A stretch of DNA of 64,000 nucleotides, counting the filler, from Collodictyon triciliatum (lineage: Eukaryota): assembly GCA_043381765.1 (NCBI GenBank). It is 8 parts of 8 records of this genome, joined end to end, with 100 filler letters (N's around TTAATTAATTAA, not from the genome) between each part and the next. Parts side by side here need not be neighbours in the genome. Positions count along the whole stretch, not along the records: positions 1 to 8,847 come from JBHJMP010003259.1; positions 8,948 to 17,779 come from JBHJMP010003260.1; 6 more parts are not named here. One strand, written 5' to 3'. Position numbers and translations under genes: made by a program. The notes under the pieces are model-generated. The model had not been told where the DNA came from, searched no databases, and saw only the letters and a list, made by a program, of their open reading frames with translations. Below are positions 1-11,963 of the stretch, piece after piece; position 1 is the stretch's first letter, and every line of letters begins with the position of its first letter.

Positions 1-773
1 ATGTTCGACGAGTCGATTCCACAGCGGAGCTTCGACAACTTTCAGTAAGAATAGAAAGCCGATAGAAGTGAGAAAGATGGCAGTATGTGCATACAAGTAC
101 TAAGATTAGACATATTTATATACCGACTGCAGCTTCGTCAGCTATCACAAAGTCATGCAGCAGTATATGTATAATACAAGCAACTGTATTGAAGCGATTT
201 TTGCAATGAACTTATTATCGGAGCTACCGACACAATACAAACACACATGCAAACAGAAGCAGTCTATATGGTATATCAGTGTACTAGGATATTATAGAAT
301 GAATACAACATTTCTCCAGAGATTTGAACTATTCTAATAGATTTTAAAAAATAAAATAAAATAAAATAGAAGCTCAAATACGCTTTTCTAACCACCCCGA
401 CGACCTTGGAATAGGAGAAAATGGTTTTCTGCTACTATCCGCCAAGTTCCAAAAGACCCACCAAAACCACCTGACTCTAGCAGTGTAAGCGATTTATAAT
501 CAGTTTATACTCTCAAGAAAGACAGCAGACTAGAAAGGTTTTACAAAGAAATGAACAACTCTACCTTTTGCATGCGACTACTTATCATGACAATCGTAGG
601 GCTTTTTATCCGGCTTATTTTCTCTGTTGACTAGCCAACCAGTGATCAAGCCACATCCTGACCACCCGATTCCTCCTGTTAGCACTAATTCTAGCCAGCA
701 GTCATCGACCAATGCTCTTTTTAGAGGATCTCAAAGGAATGAGCCCAAACCACCAGAGTGCCTGATTTCGTAG
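1..773 (+). CDS. 3' part of a copine/vWA-domain RGLG-like gene (paralog A), apparently without a C-terminal RING; 5' end lies outside the window
   Basis: Spliced translation MFDESIPQRSFDNFH|FVSYHKV..IFAMNLLSELPTQYK..W|RKWFSATIRQVPKDPPKPPDSSS|GFLSGLF..KPPECLIS* (TAG 771-773). Bases 1-330 are nearly identical to 5100-5430. Confidence 0.75.
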
Positions 774-1129
774 CGATTTAATAGCTTGCTTTTCTCTCGC
801 ATGCAGTTTTCCTAAAGACAAAGTTTTCTGGGCTGATCTGCGTTTGTCTTGAAATTTCTTATAAAAGAAAACATCGATTTAATTCCAAATCCACAAACTT
901 CTCTGCTCTTAAAGATGGTTTTGAATAGCTAGATTTTTTTTAAAGATATGATATTGCATAATTCGTGGGCTTGAATGGAATTTAAGATATAATGAAGTTT
1001 GTTGCACAATCGTTCGCCTTGTGGTATTCTATTAAATGGGCATTAGCCATCATGTAAATATTGATGACACTCTTAGAGCCTTTATCGTCAAAAATAATGT
1101 AATTATCTCATTTTTGTGAACTTCGTAAA

Positions 1130-1135
<6 letters not shown>

Positions 1136-1213
<78 letters not shown>
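1136..1213. repeat. poly(A) tract
   Basis: Uninterrupted A run in the sequence. Confidence 0.95.
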
Positions 1214-1214
<1 letters not shown>

Positions 1215-2662
1215 CACAAAAACGAAAAGAAAAGTCAATTAAGGATGAATTGTAATTTAATTTTTGGTTTTATAAAGGATATAGGGAAGTAAGAGACATA
1301 TTAGAAGATAAACGATTATCATAGCGTTAGAGTAGGCGCATATTTCGAACGAATAACCCACTTGTATCAGGCATGTATTCGTCAATTTTAAATGGCAACA
1401 GCTTTGCCAATCTATTTGTGTCGCCCTTCAGCACAATATCTTCTCTGGATAATTATCGGACTTGTTTATTCCGCATACAGTCCATAAAAGCAGGGGGTTT
1501 GAAGGATGGATTATCACCCAAAAGCTGAATAACCTTTAACATGAATGAAACATTTTATATCAAACCAATGGGAAGATCTAATTGGTTTGATTTATCAATT
1601 TTTGAATTAGCAAATAGCATACAAAGTCTTATTATTGACCCAATTAGTTCAACTGTGGCGTCATAATGGCTACACACGATTATTTTTTTTTTTTTTNNNN
1701 NNNNNNNNNNNNNNNNNNNNNNNNNNNNNNNNNNNNNNNNNNNNNNNNNNNNNNNNNNNNNNNNNNNNNNNNNNNNNNNNNNNNNNNNNNNNNNNNNNNN
1801 NNNNNNNNNNNNNNNNNNNNNNNNNNNNNNNNNNNNNNNNNNNNNNNNNNNNNNNNNNNNNNNNNNNNNNNNNNNNNNNNNNNNNNNNNNNNNNNNNNNN
1901 NNNNNNNNNNNNNNNNNNNNNNNNNNNNNNNNNNNNNNNNNNNNNNNNNNNNNNNNNNNNNNNNNNNNNNNNNNNNNNNNNNNNNNNNNNNNNNNNNNNN
2001 NNNNNNNNNNNNNNNNNNNNNNNNNNNNNNNNNNNNNNNNNNNNNNNNNNNNNNNNNNNNNNNNNNNNNNNNNNNNNNNNNNNNNNNNNNNNNNNNNNNN
2101 NNNNNNNNNNNNNNNNNNNNNNNNNNNNNNNNNNNNNNNNNNNNNNNNNNNNNNNNNNNNNNNNNNNNNNNNNNNNNNNNNNNNNNNNNNNNNNNNNNNN
2201 NNNNNNNNNNNNNNNNNNNNNNNNNNNNNNNNNNNNNNNNNNNNNNNNNNNNNNNNNNNNTTGCTGAGTTTCAGTTTGACAGGTATGAAAAAATGAATAT
2301 TTTGTCATCTGTTGATAATAGTTACCATCTTTCTTTTCGGATGATATAGTACTTTTCAAATAATGACTCGACATTTAAAGGAGCAATCAAAACCAAAACC
2401 ACTCATCATTTTGAATTTTCAAGAGCGATTTAATTAGATTATTTATTGTAGGTATTATATTCCTCCGAATCACAACTGCTGATATCATTACTATTTTCAA
2501 AATTCGACTCATTTTTTCTTCCTCCAAGCGCATGAATCCAAACCATCTGGCACAAAAAATAAAAAACACACCATACAAACCCTTTAAAAAATATGTTAGT
2601 GATGTCACGCTTATTCTCCATTTATTCGATTCAAAGATGTTGGTGGTGTCATGTTAAATAAT

Positions 2663-2787
2663 TTGACAAACTTCACCTAGCGAACCAAAGCCAACATCTT
2701 CACCATCCTTCACAAAATTGAAAGGAAGAATAAAAAAAAAAAAAAAAAAAGGAAGAATAAAAAAATTTAAAAAATTGACAAACTTCA
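2663..2787 (+). mobile_element. 5'-truncated poly(A)-tailed non-LTR retroelement fragment with 13-bp TSD (copy 1)
   Basis: TTGACAAACTTCA at 2663-2675 and 2775-2787 flanks CCTAGCGAACC..CACAAAATTGAAAGGAAGAAT(A)n. The same 3' end recurs at 10777, 36761 and 49240. Confidence 0.8.
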
Positions 2788-3510
2788 AGGGAGAAAGGGA
2801 GAGAGAGAGAGCTGTGGACATGATTTTCTTCGACTTTTTTTTATCTAAAAAGTGGTTAATCTATTTTCTGACTGACCTCTTACACTTCCTTCAATAAACC
2901 TTCAGAAGCAAAGCCAAATCCTTGCAGTCCTTGGGATTTCTACAGCATCAAACTAGTATAATCTGCGTTCTTAGTCGAGTTCAGATACACACCCAGCATA
3001 ATGGGGGTTTGATGACAATCTCGTCCAGGTACTAACGCGTACGTATGGATTCACACTACATGAGTGAATAAAACACACGCGCCATCTCAAACTACGCCCA
3101 GCTATCTAACACCGACTCTAATATCCCTCTTCTCAAACAGGCCTCACTTCGGGTGCGGAGAAGACTGCACTCCGTTTCTCAAATTTTAAAGCTGTCACGC
3201 GCGGATTCTGGGCGAGGCAAAGCTCAAATTAAAGTAGGCGAAAATATATTATACCAATGCACAATATACAACCACATAGCATCACAGACACGTCCGATCC
3301 TTTCACAAGCCGAAATCGAGGCAGAACAGAGGAGAAAGAAAAAAAAAAAAAGGCGCAGAAAGTGAAAAGCCTTTTCCCTCCTGTTTTCCCACTCTTTCCC
3401 AGCCTTTTTTTTCAAAGCATCTCTCCGCCTTCTGATCGAGGATCATCACTGCCATCCGCTCGGCCGTTGTTGGAACTGATCCCCGTTGGTCAACAGGATC
3501 GATCGAGCCG

Positions 3511-5924
3511 ATGTTGGGGCTCCTGGTGATTGGGGGTGCCGGGGTTGCGCTAGCGTATTTTTTGTCGCGCAAGCCCTCTTCAAAAAGAAAGAGACAAGCA
3601 GAAGGCAGCGAGGAAAATCCTTCCAATATCCCAGCCAACATCACTCGATTCAAAACATTCGAAGAAGTAAGCGAGGAGCTCACGAGGCAGGGGCTCGAAA
3701 GCTGCAGCTTGGTCATCGGTGTTGACTTTACAAAGGTATTTGCATGCCACACATTGTTATGTTTATGAGAAAAGTCCTTTTGTGACTCAGGAGGGATACC
3801 GTCGAACACTTTTTTTCTCCAAAACTTGGTTCTACTACAATGCCTATTCTCCCCATAGAACGACTTACATTTTCCTCTATCTCCCAATTATATTTTTTTT
3901 TTTTTAAAAAAAAAAAGCATTAATGGGTGCCCCTCCTGATTTCCTTATATTTCTAGAGCAACAAGTGGTCTGGGAAGGTCTCCTTCAACGGAAAGAACTT
4001 GCACCATCTCGCTGACGGTCAAACTAACCCTTACCAACACGTACGATTCGACTATTTTATAAACCTAGTATTTCTCCCTCTTTGGCTCTTTCCAAAATCC
4101 TCGCACCAGTCCACGAATATGTGTACATGTTACGTATAATAACGCACCCTGGGTAGGTTATTTCGATTGTTGCGCGGTCTCTAGCTCACTTCGATGACGA
4201 CCAGATGATTCCAGTTTACGGCTTCGGTGATTTGACAACCACAGATAAACATGGTAGGCCTAGAAGAGACACAGCTGTCCCATCTTAATACTTTTTCTAC
4301 ATCTCATCACTATAGAAATATCCTCAAGACATCAATCACACATGATTACTACATATATACGAGCAAGTTTTTATGTTTTTTTGTTTTATAGTTTTTATAT
4401 TGTTTTATTGTTTTTTTTTTGTTGTTGTTGTTACTGTAACTGTTTTTATTTTTGTTTTTATTATTGTTATTACTATTGCTTTTACTTTTACTATTGTTGT
4501 TGCTACTGTATAAAATGCCTTCCAAAGACTGAGCAAGCTATCTATTGCAAAGTGTTCTCGTTCAACACAGGCGACCAACCAAGCAAGGGACTCTCAGTAT
4601 GAACCCACCGCTTTCTATGTCCTAAGAAAATTTACATTTGTACTGTACGCTGTACTGAATATGATGAAGATGGCTATAGAGAAAACTCTCCGAGCGCTAC
4701 TGTATAATGAAGTAACATATCGGGAATATAGAGCATCGAGCAGAGATACCGCGAGCTTGTCCCGTGCATCACAATGTCAGGGCCAACATCCTTCGGACCG
4801 ATTATCCGTCGCGCGATCGACTATGCGGACAAGACTGACAAATTTCACTTACTTATTATAATAGCCGATGGACAAGTACACTTCGATCTATCACATACCA
4901 GAATTATCATAATAACGAATGCATTACAACAGAAAAAGATATTTATATTCAAGAGTGCATAGCTTACATGATCAATTTCAAGGTCACACCAGGGTCGAAC
5001 GAAGAGCGAGACACTATCGAAGCGATTGTAGAAGCGTCGAGCTACAAGCTCAGCATCGCAGTAGTTGGAGTAGGCGACGGACCATGGGACCAGATGGAGA
5101 TGTTCGACGAGTCGATTCCACAGCGGAGCTTCGACAACTTTCAGTAAGAATAGAAAGCCGATAGAAGTGAGAAAGATGGCAGTATGTGCATACAAGTACT
5201 AAGATTAGACATATTCATATACCGACTGCAGCTTCGTCAACTATCACAAAGTCATGCAGCAGTATATGTATAATACAAGCAACTGTCTTGAAGCGATTTT
5301 TGCAATGAACCTATTATCGGAGCTACCGACACAATACAAACACATATGCAAACAGAAGCAGTCTACATGGTATATCAGTGTACTAGGATATTATAGAATG
5401 GATACAATATTTCTCCGGAGATTTGAAACATTTTGATAAATTTTAACAAAAATGGATGGAATATCGTATGCAAATATATTGTAAGTGGCACTGTAATTAT
5501 AGGTTTGAAAGCTCCCCTCGGACCCGGCAAAGGCCAAAAGACCCACCCAAGCCATCTGACCCCATCATTGTAAGCGATTTATAATCAGTTTATACTCTCA
5601 AGAAAGACTTTGGACAAGAAAATGATATTCTTTCTTATAGAAAAATCAAAAACTTATTTCATCATTATTCCTCTCTTTTATTTTGATATAAATTAAACCA
5701 AGAACTTCACCGATTTTACACCACAAAACAACCATGGCCTGTCATTTGTGAAGCCAAGCGCACCGCCGATGCCTAGTTGGTGGATTTGTTCCATATGCCA
5801 AATTAAATACGCGAACACTGTATTTCAGTGTGGCCATTTTAGTTGTGGTGAATGCTCTGGCGGCGTAACAAATTGCAATGTATGCCATCAGCACATCTTT
5901 TCACGTCGACCAGCCTACAATTAA
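3511..5924 (+). CDS. RGLG-type E3 ubiquitin ligase: N-terminal hydrophobic anchor, copine vWA domain, C3HC4 RING (9 exons)
   Basis: Motifs GLESCSLVIGVDFTK|SNKWSG, NPYQ, FDDDQMIPVYGFGD, SGPTSFGPII, LLIIIADGQ|V, VGVGDGPW, FDNF. RING: CSIC..CGHFSCGEC..CNVC, then TAA at 5922-5924. All introns GT-AG and in phase. Confidence 0.93.
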
Positions 5925-8744
5925 GTTTCAGTCACCAAACATCCTGTACTTGGTTGTTTGTTACTTTCCGTCCAAAATAAAAACACTTCCACCGAGTGGC
6001 AGCTTATTGCAATTGGTTCTTAATTGTGTTTTTCGTGATACTTTTTTTCACATTTTTTTTTTGGAATCATTAAGTGATAAATTTTGATGGTGAAGCTTCG
6101 TCTTTGAAAATAAGTGGCATACTAATGCCATAAAATTCTGTAAGGAGGTACAGAAGGATATCGTTTACATGTGCAAAATTGGCAAAATTGAAGAGATTTG
6201 AAACAATTCAAAAACATAAAATGAAAGAGGATACACAATAATGCAAAAAATTGAAAAAAAAAAAAGAGGGTGTTAATCCTTTCACCAAACATTACATATC
6301 TTAAGGTCTCTGGGTAAATCAGATTATCTACCTTACAAACTCCTCAAGACCATACTCTGTCGAAACTCTTAACCAAACAGGAGGTTCCAACGTTATGAAT
6401 TATCAATTGATCAGAATGGATGGAAGCTGTATGATTTGTTGTGTTTGTGGATTGGATTGGTCACCTAATCATCAGTACAAAAAGTGAGGAAAAACAATGC
6501 GGAAAAAAATAAGAGAAGGTAACCATTATGCCATACCACTGCAAGGACCATCGCAACACAAAAAGAGTCTTTTAGATTACTACACTACTGAAAAATCACT
6601 GCTATTTATATCCTATAGAAATAATCATGGTGACGTACGCTTATGTGGCATGCGAGACAATCTTTTTTAATTCATTCAAGATTAAGGACATGAAATATTA
6701 ATTGACTTACTATCGATATAATTCTTTTTTGTTAAGATAAAAAAGACCAGAGTATTTGATATATTATTTTACTATATGTATCACGAATTACCTTGTTATC
6801 TAAAGCAGGAGCTGATTAAAAATAATTTTTTTCTCCTCATTCAAAAAATTTGTAAAGTAAAAAAATCTGCAAGTGGAAAAAAATTAAATTACCTTGGACT
6901 GTGATGATGGATGAAGGTTATGAATAAACATGATTGTGAAAATTGTAATGGGCTTTTGTCGATAATAAATATCTTATGCTAATGCACTTTATCATGTTAT
7001 AATTTGAAAAAGTTAAATAAAATAAAAAGGTCAACTATAAAGTTTAAATAAAAACACTCGTTGTAAAATTCATAAGAAAAATTGAATATTTTAAAAAAAT
7101 CATTAATTTGATAAATATTGGGCACTTCATTATTTCCTTTTTCAAATTGTTGAAATGAAAAAAAAAATTAACTTGCCATCTCATAATTTTGGGTACGGCA
7201 AGAAATGTAAGAAAGTCATCGGCGGAAATACGAAAGAAAGTAAAATAGGGAAAATCATATGGAAATCACAAAGACATATGATTATAGTATTTAGTTTAGT
7301 CATAATAAGGAGTATTAGTATGATTTGTATATAACTGAACAATTATTCTTTTTACAAAGACAAAAAACATCCACTTTATATTTTATCGCCAGATACCTTG
7401 CAGTAGTACGCACTAAAAGGAAGATTAGGGTTCATAACTACTGCGCTATCCTACGATGCCCTTCATGGATAAAAAAGAGACCTGAAAAGTTATTGAATCA
7501 TAAATTGATGCACTGTGATTGTTTTACTATCTTTGTCTCTGAATGATATAATTCAATTTAAAGGTATATGTAATTTCATAAAATATGGGCGGCAAGGATG
7601 AAATTTTCACTGGATTTTATTACTTAAAATAAACCATGTCTCGAGTGCGTTTTTTTCCGATAACTTTGGCGACGCTGTCGAGACAATCGTTTATTCACAG
7701 AGACAAGATTATAAAAAATGGCGATATTAAATTACCAAATGGAAATTAAGTCGCTCGTGGTGCTATTTGTTAGGATATTTAGTATGCTGAACAGATGATA
7801 TGTACCCTGTCAATTGTGCATTTTTTTTTTATCAATTTGTTTCAAGTATAATCTTGATGGTGTGAGGAAATGCTGAATGAATAAGTATTCAGCCTGTAGT
7901 TTTATTTAAATCAATAGAATCGAGAGAAATTTATCTTGTGGCCAACGGATTGAAAATTTATTCTAGCTCTTGTATTCGACAAATGGGTTGATATGCTCTT
8001 TTCAATAAAAAAAAATTATTATGGTCTCCATTGGTTCTTTCTTTTCCTTCATCGTTTCGCAGTCCTCGTGTTTGATTTCTCCGAGAAAATCGACCCTATT
8101 TTTCTAAAAACCGAAATATTTACAATTGCATTTTAATTTGTGGCATGATAAGGTTTACAACGAAGGGATGATATTTTTAACCCCAAAACCAGGTCGATTA
8201 TGGATAGTTAATATCGATTTTTGGTGGTATGATTATCTTGTACGCCGTGAGTCATTTTCGATTTTGGATCTCCTTAGTCTATCTAGAAGAAAAGATGTTT
8301 CACCTCTTTGCTCATCCAAAGGAGAAACGAGGTATACATTTTGGCACGATGTAGCGAGGAAAGGAGACACACAAACAGGCCGCCTGAGCGGAATGAGCGA
8401 GTCCAGCTTGCTTGATTTCTTCGACCACGGGCTCATCCTTGATGAATTGTGTCATTAGGACCCATGTAACAGCAGTGCTGAGTCTCCTGAATGCATCAGT
8501 TGCACCAAAGCTGTGTGAATTATGTGCCGAAGAGCCGTTCCTTGCCAACCACAAATCCCTGGTAGAACCAAAACATTCAATTCGTGCCATTCCAAGATAG
8601 TTGATAAAATTCTAAATACCCAAATATGGACTAAACTGCATCTGCAATATATGTGTGACCACGTTTGTAAACAGATGAGGAAGTTTTGTAGGACACAACC
8701 GCCACGTATTAATTGCTTCGGTATTTCTGTGGTTGAACCTTATG

Positions 8745-8847
8745 AAAAAAGAAAAAGAAAAAGAAAAAGAAAAAGAAAAAGAAAAAGAAAAAGAAAAGAA
8801 AAAAAGAAAAAAAAGAAAAAAGAAAAAAAGAAAAAAAGAAAAAAAAA
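8745..8847. repeat. (AAAAAG)n microsatellite at a scaffold end
   Basis: Tandem repeat directly before the linker. Confidence 0.9.
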
Positions 8848-8947
8848 NNNNNNNNNNNNNNNNNNNNNNNNNNNNNNNNNNNNNNNNNNNNTTAATTAAT
8901 TAANNNNNNNNNNNNNNNNNNNNNNNNNNNNNNNNNNNNNNNNNNNN
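8848..8947. other. Artificial 100-nt scaffold linker (also at 17780-17879, 26723-26822, 35661-35760, 44596-44695, 53525-53624, 62448-62547)
   Basis: 44 N + TTAATTAATTAA (stops in all six frames) + 44 N. The intervening pieces measure 8832, 8843, 8838, 8835, 8829 and 8823 nt, i.e. roughly size-sorted scaffolds. Confidence 0.97.
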
Positions 8948-9050
8948 TGTGTTTTTGTGTTTTTGTGTTTTTGTGTTTTTGTGTTTTTGTGTTTTTGTGT
9001 TTTTGTGTTTTTGTGTTTTTGTGTTTTTGTGTTTTTGTGTTTTTGTTTTT
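8948..9050. repeat. (TGTGTTTT/TTTTTGTG)n 8-mer microsatellite
   Basis: Tandem repeat at the scaffold start. Confidence 0.9.
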
Positions 9051-9075
9051 CTCATTTATTTCCGCCATAGTTTTT

Positions 9076-11963
9076 ATGGAAGCGCCTCTGCATGGTCTGC
9101 CGGAGAAAACACCTTGTGAACTGATCAAAGAGCTGCTCCAGCTCCCAGGAAACCGGAAATGTGCTGATTGTGAGGAAAAAGGCATGACTTTCCGGCATTC
9201 GTTCATAGTCTTTTAATAGTCATTATATTTACCCAGTGATTACATAATCCCATTTGTTCGAGTTTCTTTTTGGAAACTTTTTTTCCGTCTATGATATTAT
9301 ACTTTCTCATTTATTAGCATTAATCGGCCGCGGGTTCTCATTTTCATTATCTTCAGACGCCCAAAAATCAATCCTTTGTGATTGTCATATTTATTTTATA
9401 TTTTCTGCTCGCTAAACCCGCGATGTGATATCCAGTTTTATCCCTGAATATTCATTCATTTATCTTAAAAATATTCATGAGCTTATTCCACTCACACTTC
9501 ATCCACGAACACATGACTGTTGTTGTCAGGTCCGGACTGGTGCGCCGTAAACATCGGCATTTTTCTCTGCACACGATGCAGTTCGATTCACAGATCACTC
9601 GGCACAGAAGTGTCGATTATAAAAAGCGTTCATTTGGACCCGTGGGGAATGGAAGAATACAGAGTACTCTTCTTCACCAACCTATTCGCACATAGCTACT
9701 TGTGTCAAAATCACCGTATGATCCAATTAATTAAAACTTCATGCGTATTTTTTTTTTGTATACGCAGTTTCTTGCAAGTAAAGGGAATGAGCAGTCGAAT
9801 AAATACTGGGAGGCGCAGTTGCCTCCGTTTTTCATCAGGCCTGACGAAGTTGTTCACAACCTGTAAGACGAATATTGCTCGAACTGTTGCCCGTATGAAA
9901 ACATTTCCTGTTATCTAATTCTCTCAGTTTTAATAATACCAGTTGTTGTTGTTTTCAGTTTATCCCTAATTTATTTATTTTTGGAAAAAGAAAAATCAGA
10001 GAAAACTTTATACGCGCAAAGTACGAAAGAAAAGAATTCATTGTGAATGCTGCAGAAGCTCAGGTATAAGAAAACATACCATTAAATACGTGCTGAAGCA
10101 TTCCACCAGCTTTGCATCGCTTAATTACTCAAAGGAAGATATCGTCATCTCTCGAAGCCGGTTCCATTTCTTTAAAAATTTGTGTAGTTTGTCACCCAAG
10201 GATGGTTACTGAAAAACAGCCCGGCTAAAAAGGATAAATGGCAAGAGCGTTGGTTCGTACTGAATGATGCGACACTATCCTATTACAAGAATAAAACAGT
10301 AATACTATTTTCTACATACCGCAGAAATGTTGTTAAATCACAAAAATATGTGCCTTAATTCCAGTCTTTTTTATCTTGATAATGATTGAAGAAAAAAAAA
10401 ACATGCATTTTATGCTTCCGTGTATATAGTTTATTTTCCCTTGATAAATGGCGATTCGTATTCTTAATCTATTTCTGAATTCTCTCGATATGAAAGGACT
10501 CATACGCCACCGGTGTCATTCCCATATCCAGTGCCACCGCCTCGTTCACTGATGATGGAAAAAAGCGTAATATCTTATAACATCGATCTATTTTGATACT
10601 CAAATTGCAAACGAAGTATGATGCATTTATGTTTCATGCCGCTATTGCAGCTGGGCAAGGCATTATAATCAGAGTGCCTGGGCGTGACTACAAGCTGTGG
10701 CATGAAGACTTTAATGTAAGTACAGTCTCAATAAACAATATCAATCCAATGTGCGAATCGTTACCATATGCTATTTTTTTTTTATTCTTCCTTTCAACTA
10801 TATGCTATTTCCTTTCATTTATTTTTGCCAGAAAAGTATGTGGTGAATATGCTCACAAGTTTCATTCGATAATTCAGATTGTGATAAGTTGGATACACAG
10901 TGTCCGCCAAGCACGAGAGCAACATACATCCCCTGCAAAGACAGAGTTTTCATCCGAGCGCGACCTTGCAAACCTACTTCTGGTATGGCCACCGCTTTCA
11001 ATTTACTGGTTATTCTTGTTTGCTTTACCCGGTGAGCCAAAGAAAGACAATAACCAAGCATTAACTGTGATTCTGGGTTTCATCCAAACTTCAATTTTGT
11101 ACTCTTTGGTATATTCGTTCAGAATCCCATGGCACTAGAGAATCCAGATATGGATGGTTACATGAGCAAGCAAGGCGGAAGGTAATTTTCCTTTTATTTT
11201 AATATCTGGTCGTATTCTCAATCCATAAATTGCTCAATTATATCTCTTGAAACAAGAATAAGTAACGACATAAGGAAATAAGGAAAATAATTAGACACTA
11301 GAAATATCCTATTGTCATAAGTCTTTCGATGTGTTTTATTCCAAGTTTTAAAGTTGTACCAAAATATCTAGTATTAAAACGTGGAAGAAGAGATGGTTTG
11401 TGTTGAAAGACAGCTATCTGTTTTACTTCAGTGATAAGGGAGTATGTTTTCATGTCTAATCATTTTATCAAATCATGTTGAGTGATATATTATAATCATT
11501 GACGCTGAGGTAATTTAGGACCCGAATCCGAAGGGAATAATCAGTCTGAAGGAAGGCTCCATCGAAGATTGTTCGGAGGAAATTGGAAAGAAGTTTGCCA
11601 TCAATATAAAAACACCTGACAGACAATATTTTATGTGCCCATATACTCAGGTACGTTCAAATGAGTTCACCAACCCTTTATTACAATTTATTTTTCTTTT
11701 CTTTTTTAATTTTTAATTATTTTTTACTTGAAATATTTACATATGTGTAGTATGTGTTAAACTAACGAGGAATGAATTAATCACAGGCCGAAAAGGACGC
11801 CTGGCTGCGAGCAGTGTCCAAGAGGGTTGGGCAGTCCTGGTCTGGGGCAGCACGAATGAGTGGGTATTTTTCCAGTATTTCAACACGCAGCAGCATTGCT
11901 TTGTCAGCAGCTCCATTGACAGAACTTCCGTTGGACGAGGAGCCCGAATCCAAAGCAAACTGA
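9076..11963 (+). CDS. ArfGAP with dual PH domains (ADAP/centaurin-alpha-like)
   Basis: ArfGAP zinc finger GNRKCADCEEK|GPDWCAVNIGIFLCTRCSSIHRSLG, then ENFIRAKYERKEF. PH1: GWLLK..KWQERWFVL..LSYYK. PH2: DGYMSKQGG|SIKTWKKRWFVLKDSYLFYF..AEKDAWLRAV. TGA at 11961-11963. Start codon uncertain. Confidence 0.93.
10766..10810 (-). mobile_element. Ultra-short antisense copy of the same retroelement tail in an ArfGAP intron, with 11-bp TSD
   Basis: ATATGCTATTT at 10766-10776 and 10800-10810 flanks (T)nATTCTTCCTTTCAA, the reverse complement of TTGAAAGGAAGAAT(A)n. Confidence 0.7.

Noticed and set aside
1635..2374. ORFs spanning N gaps (also 32974-33882 and 42832-43420)
   Set aside because: Artefacts of unknown bases.
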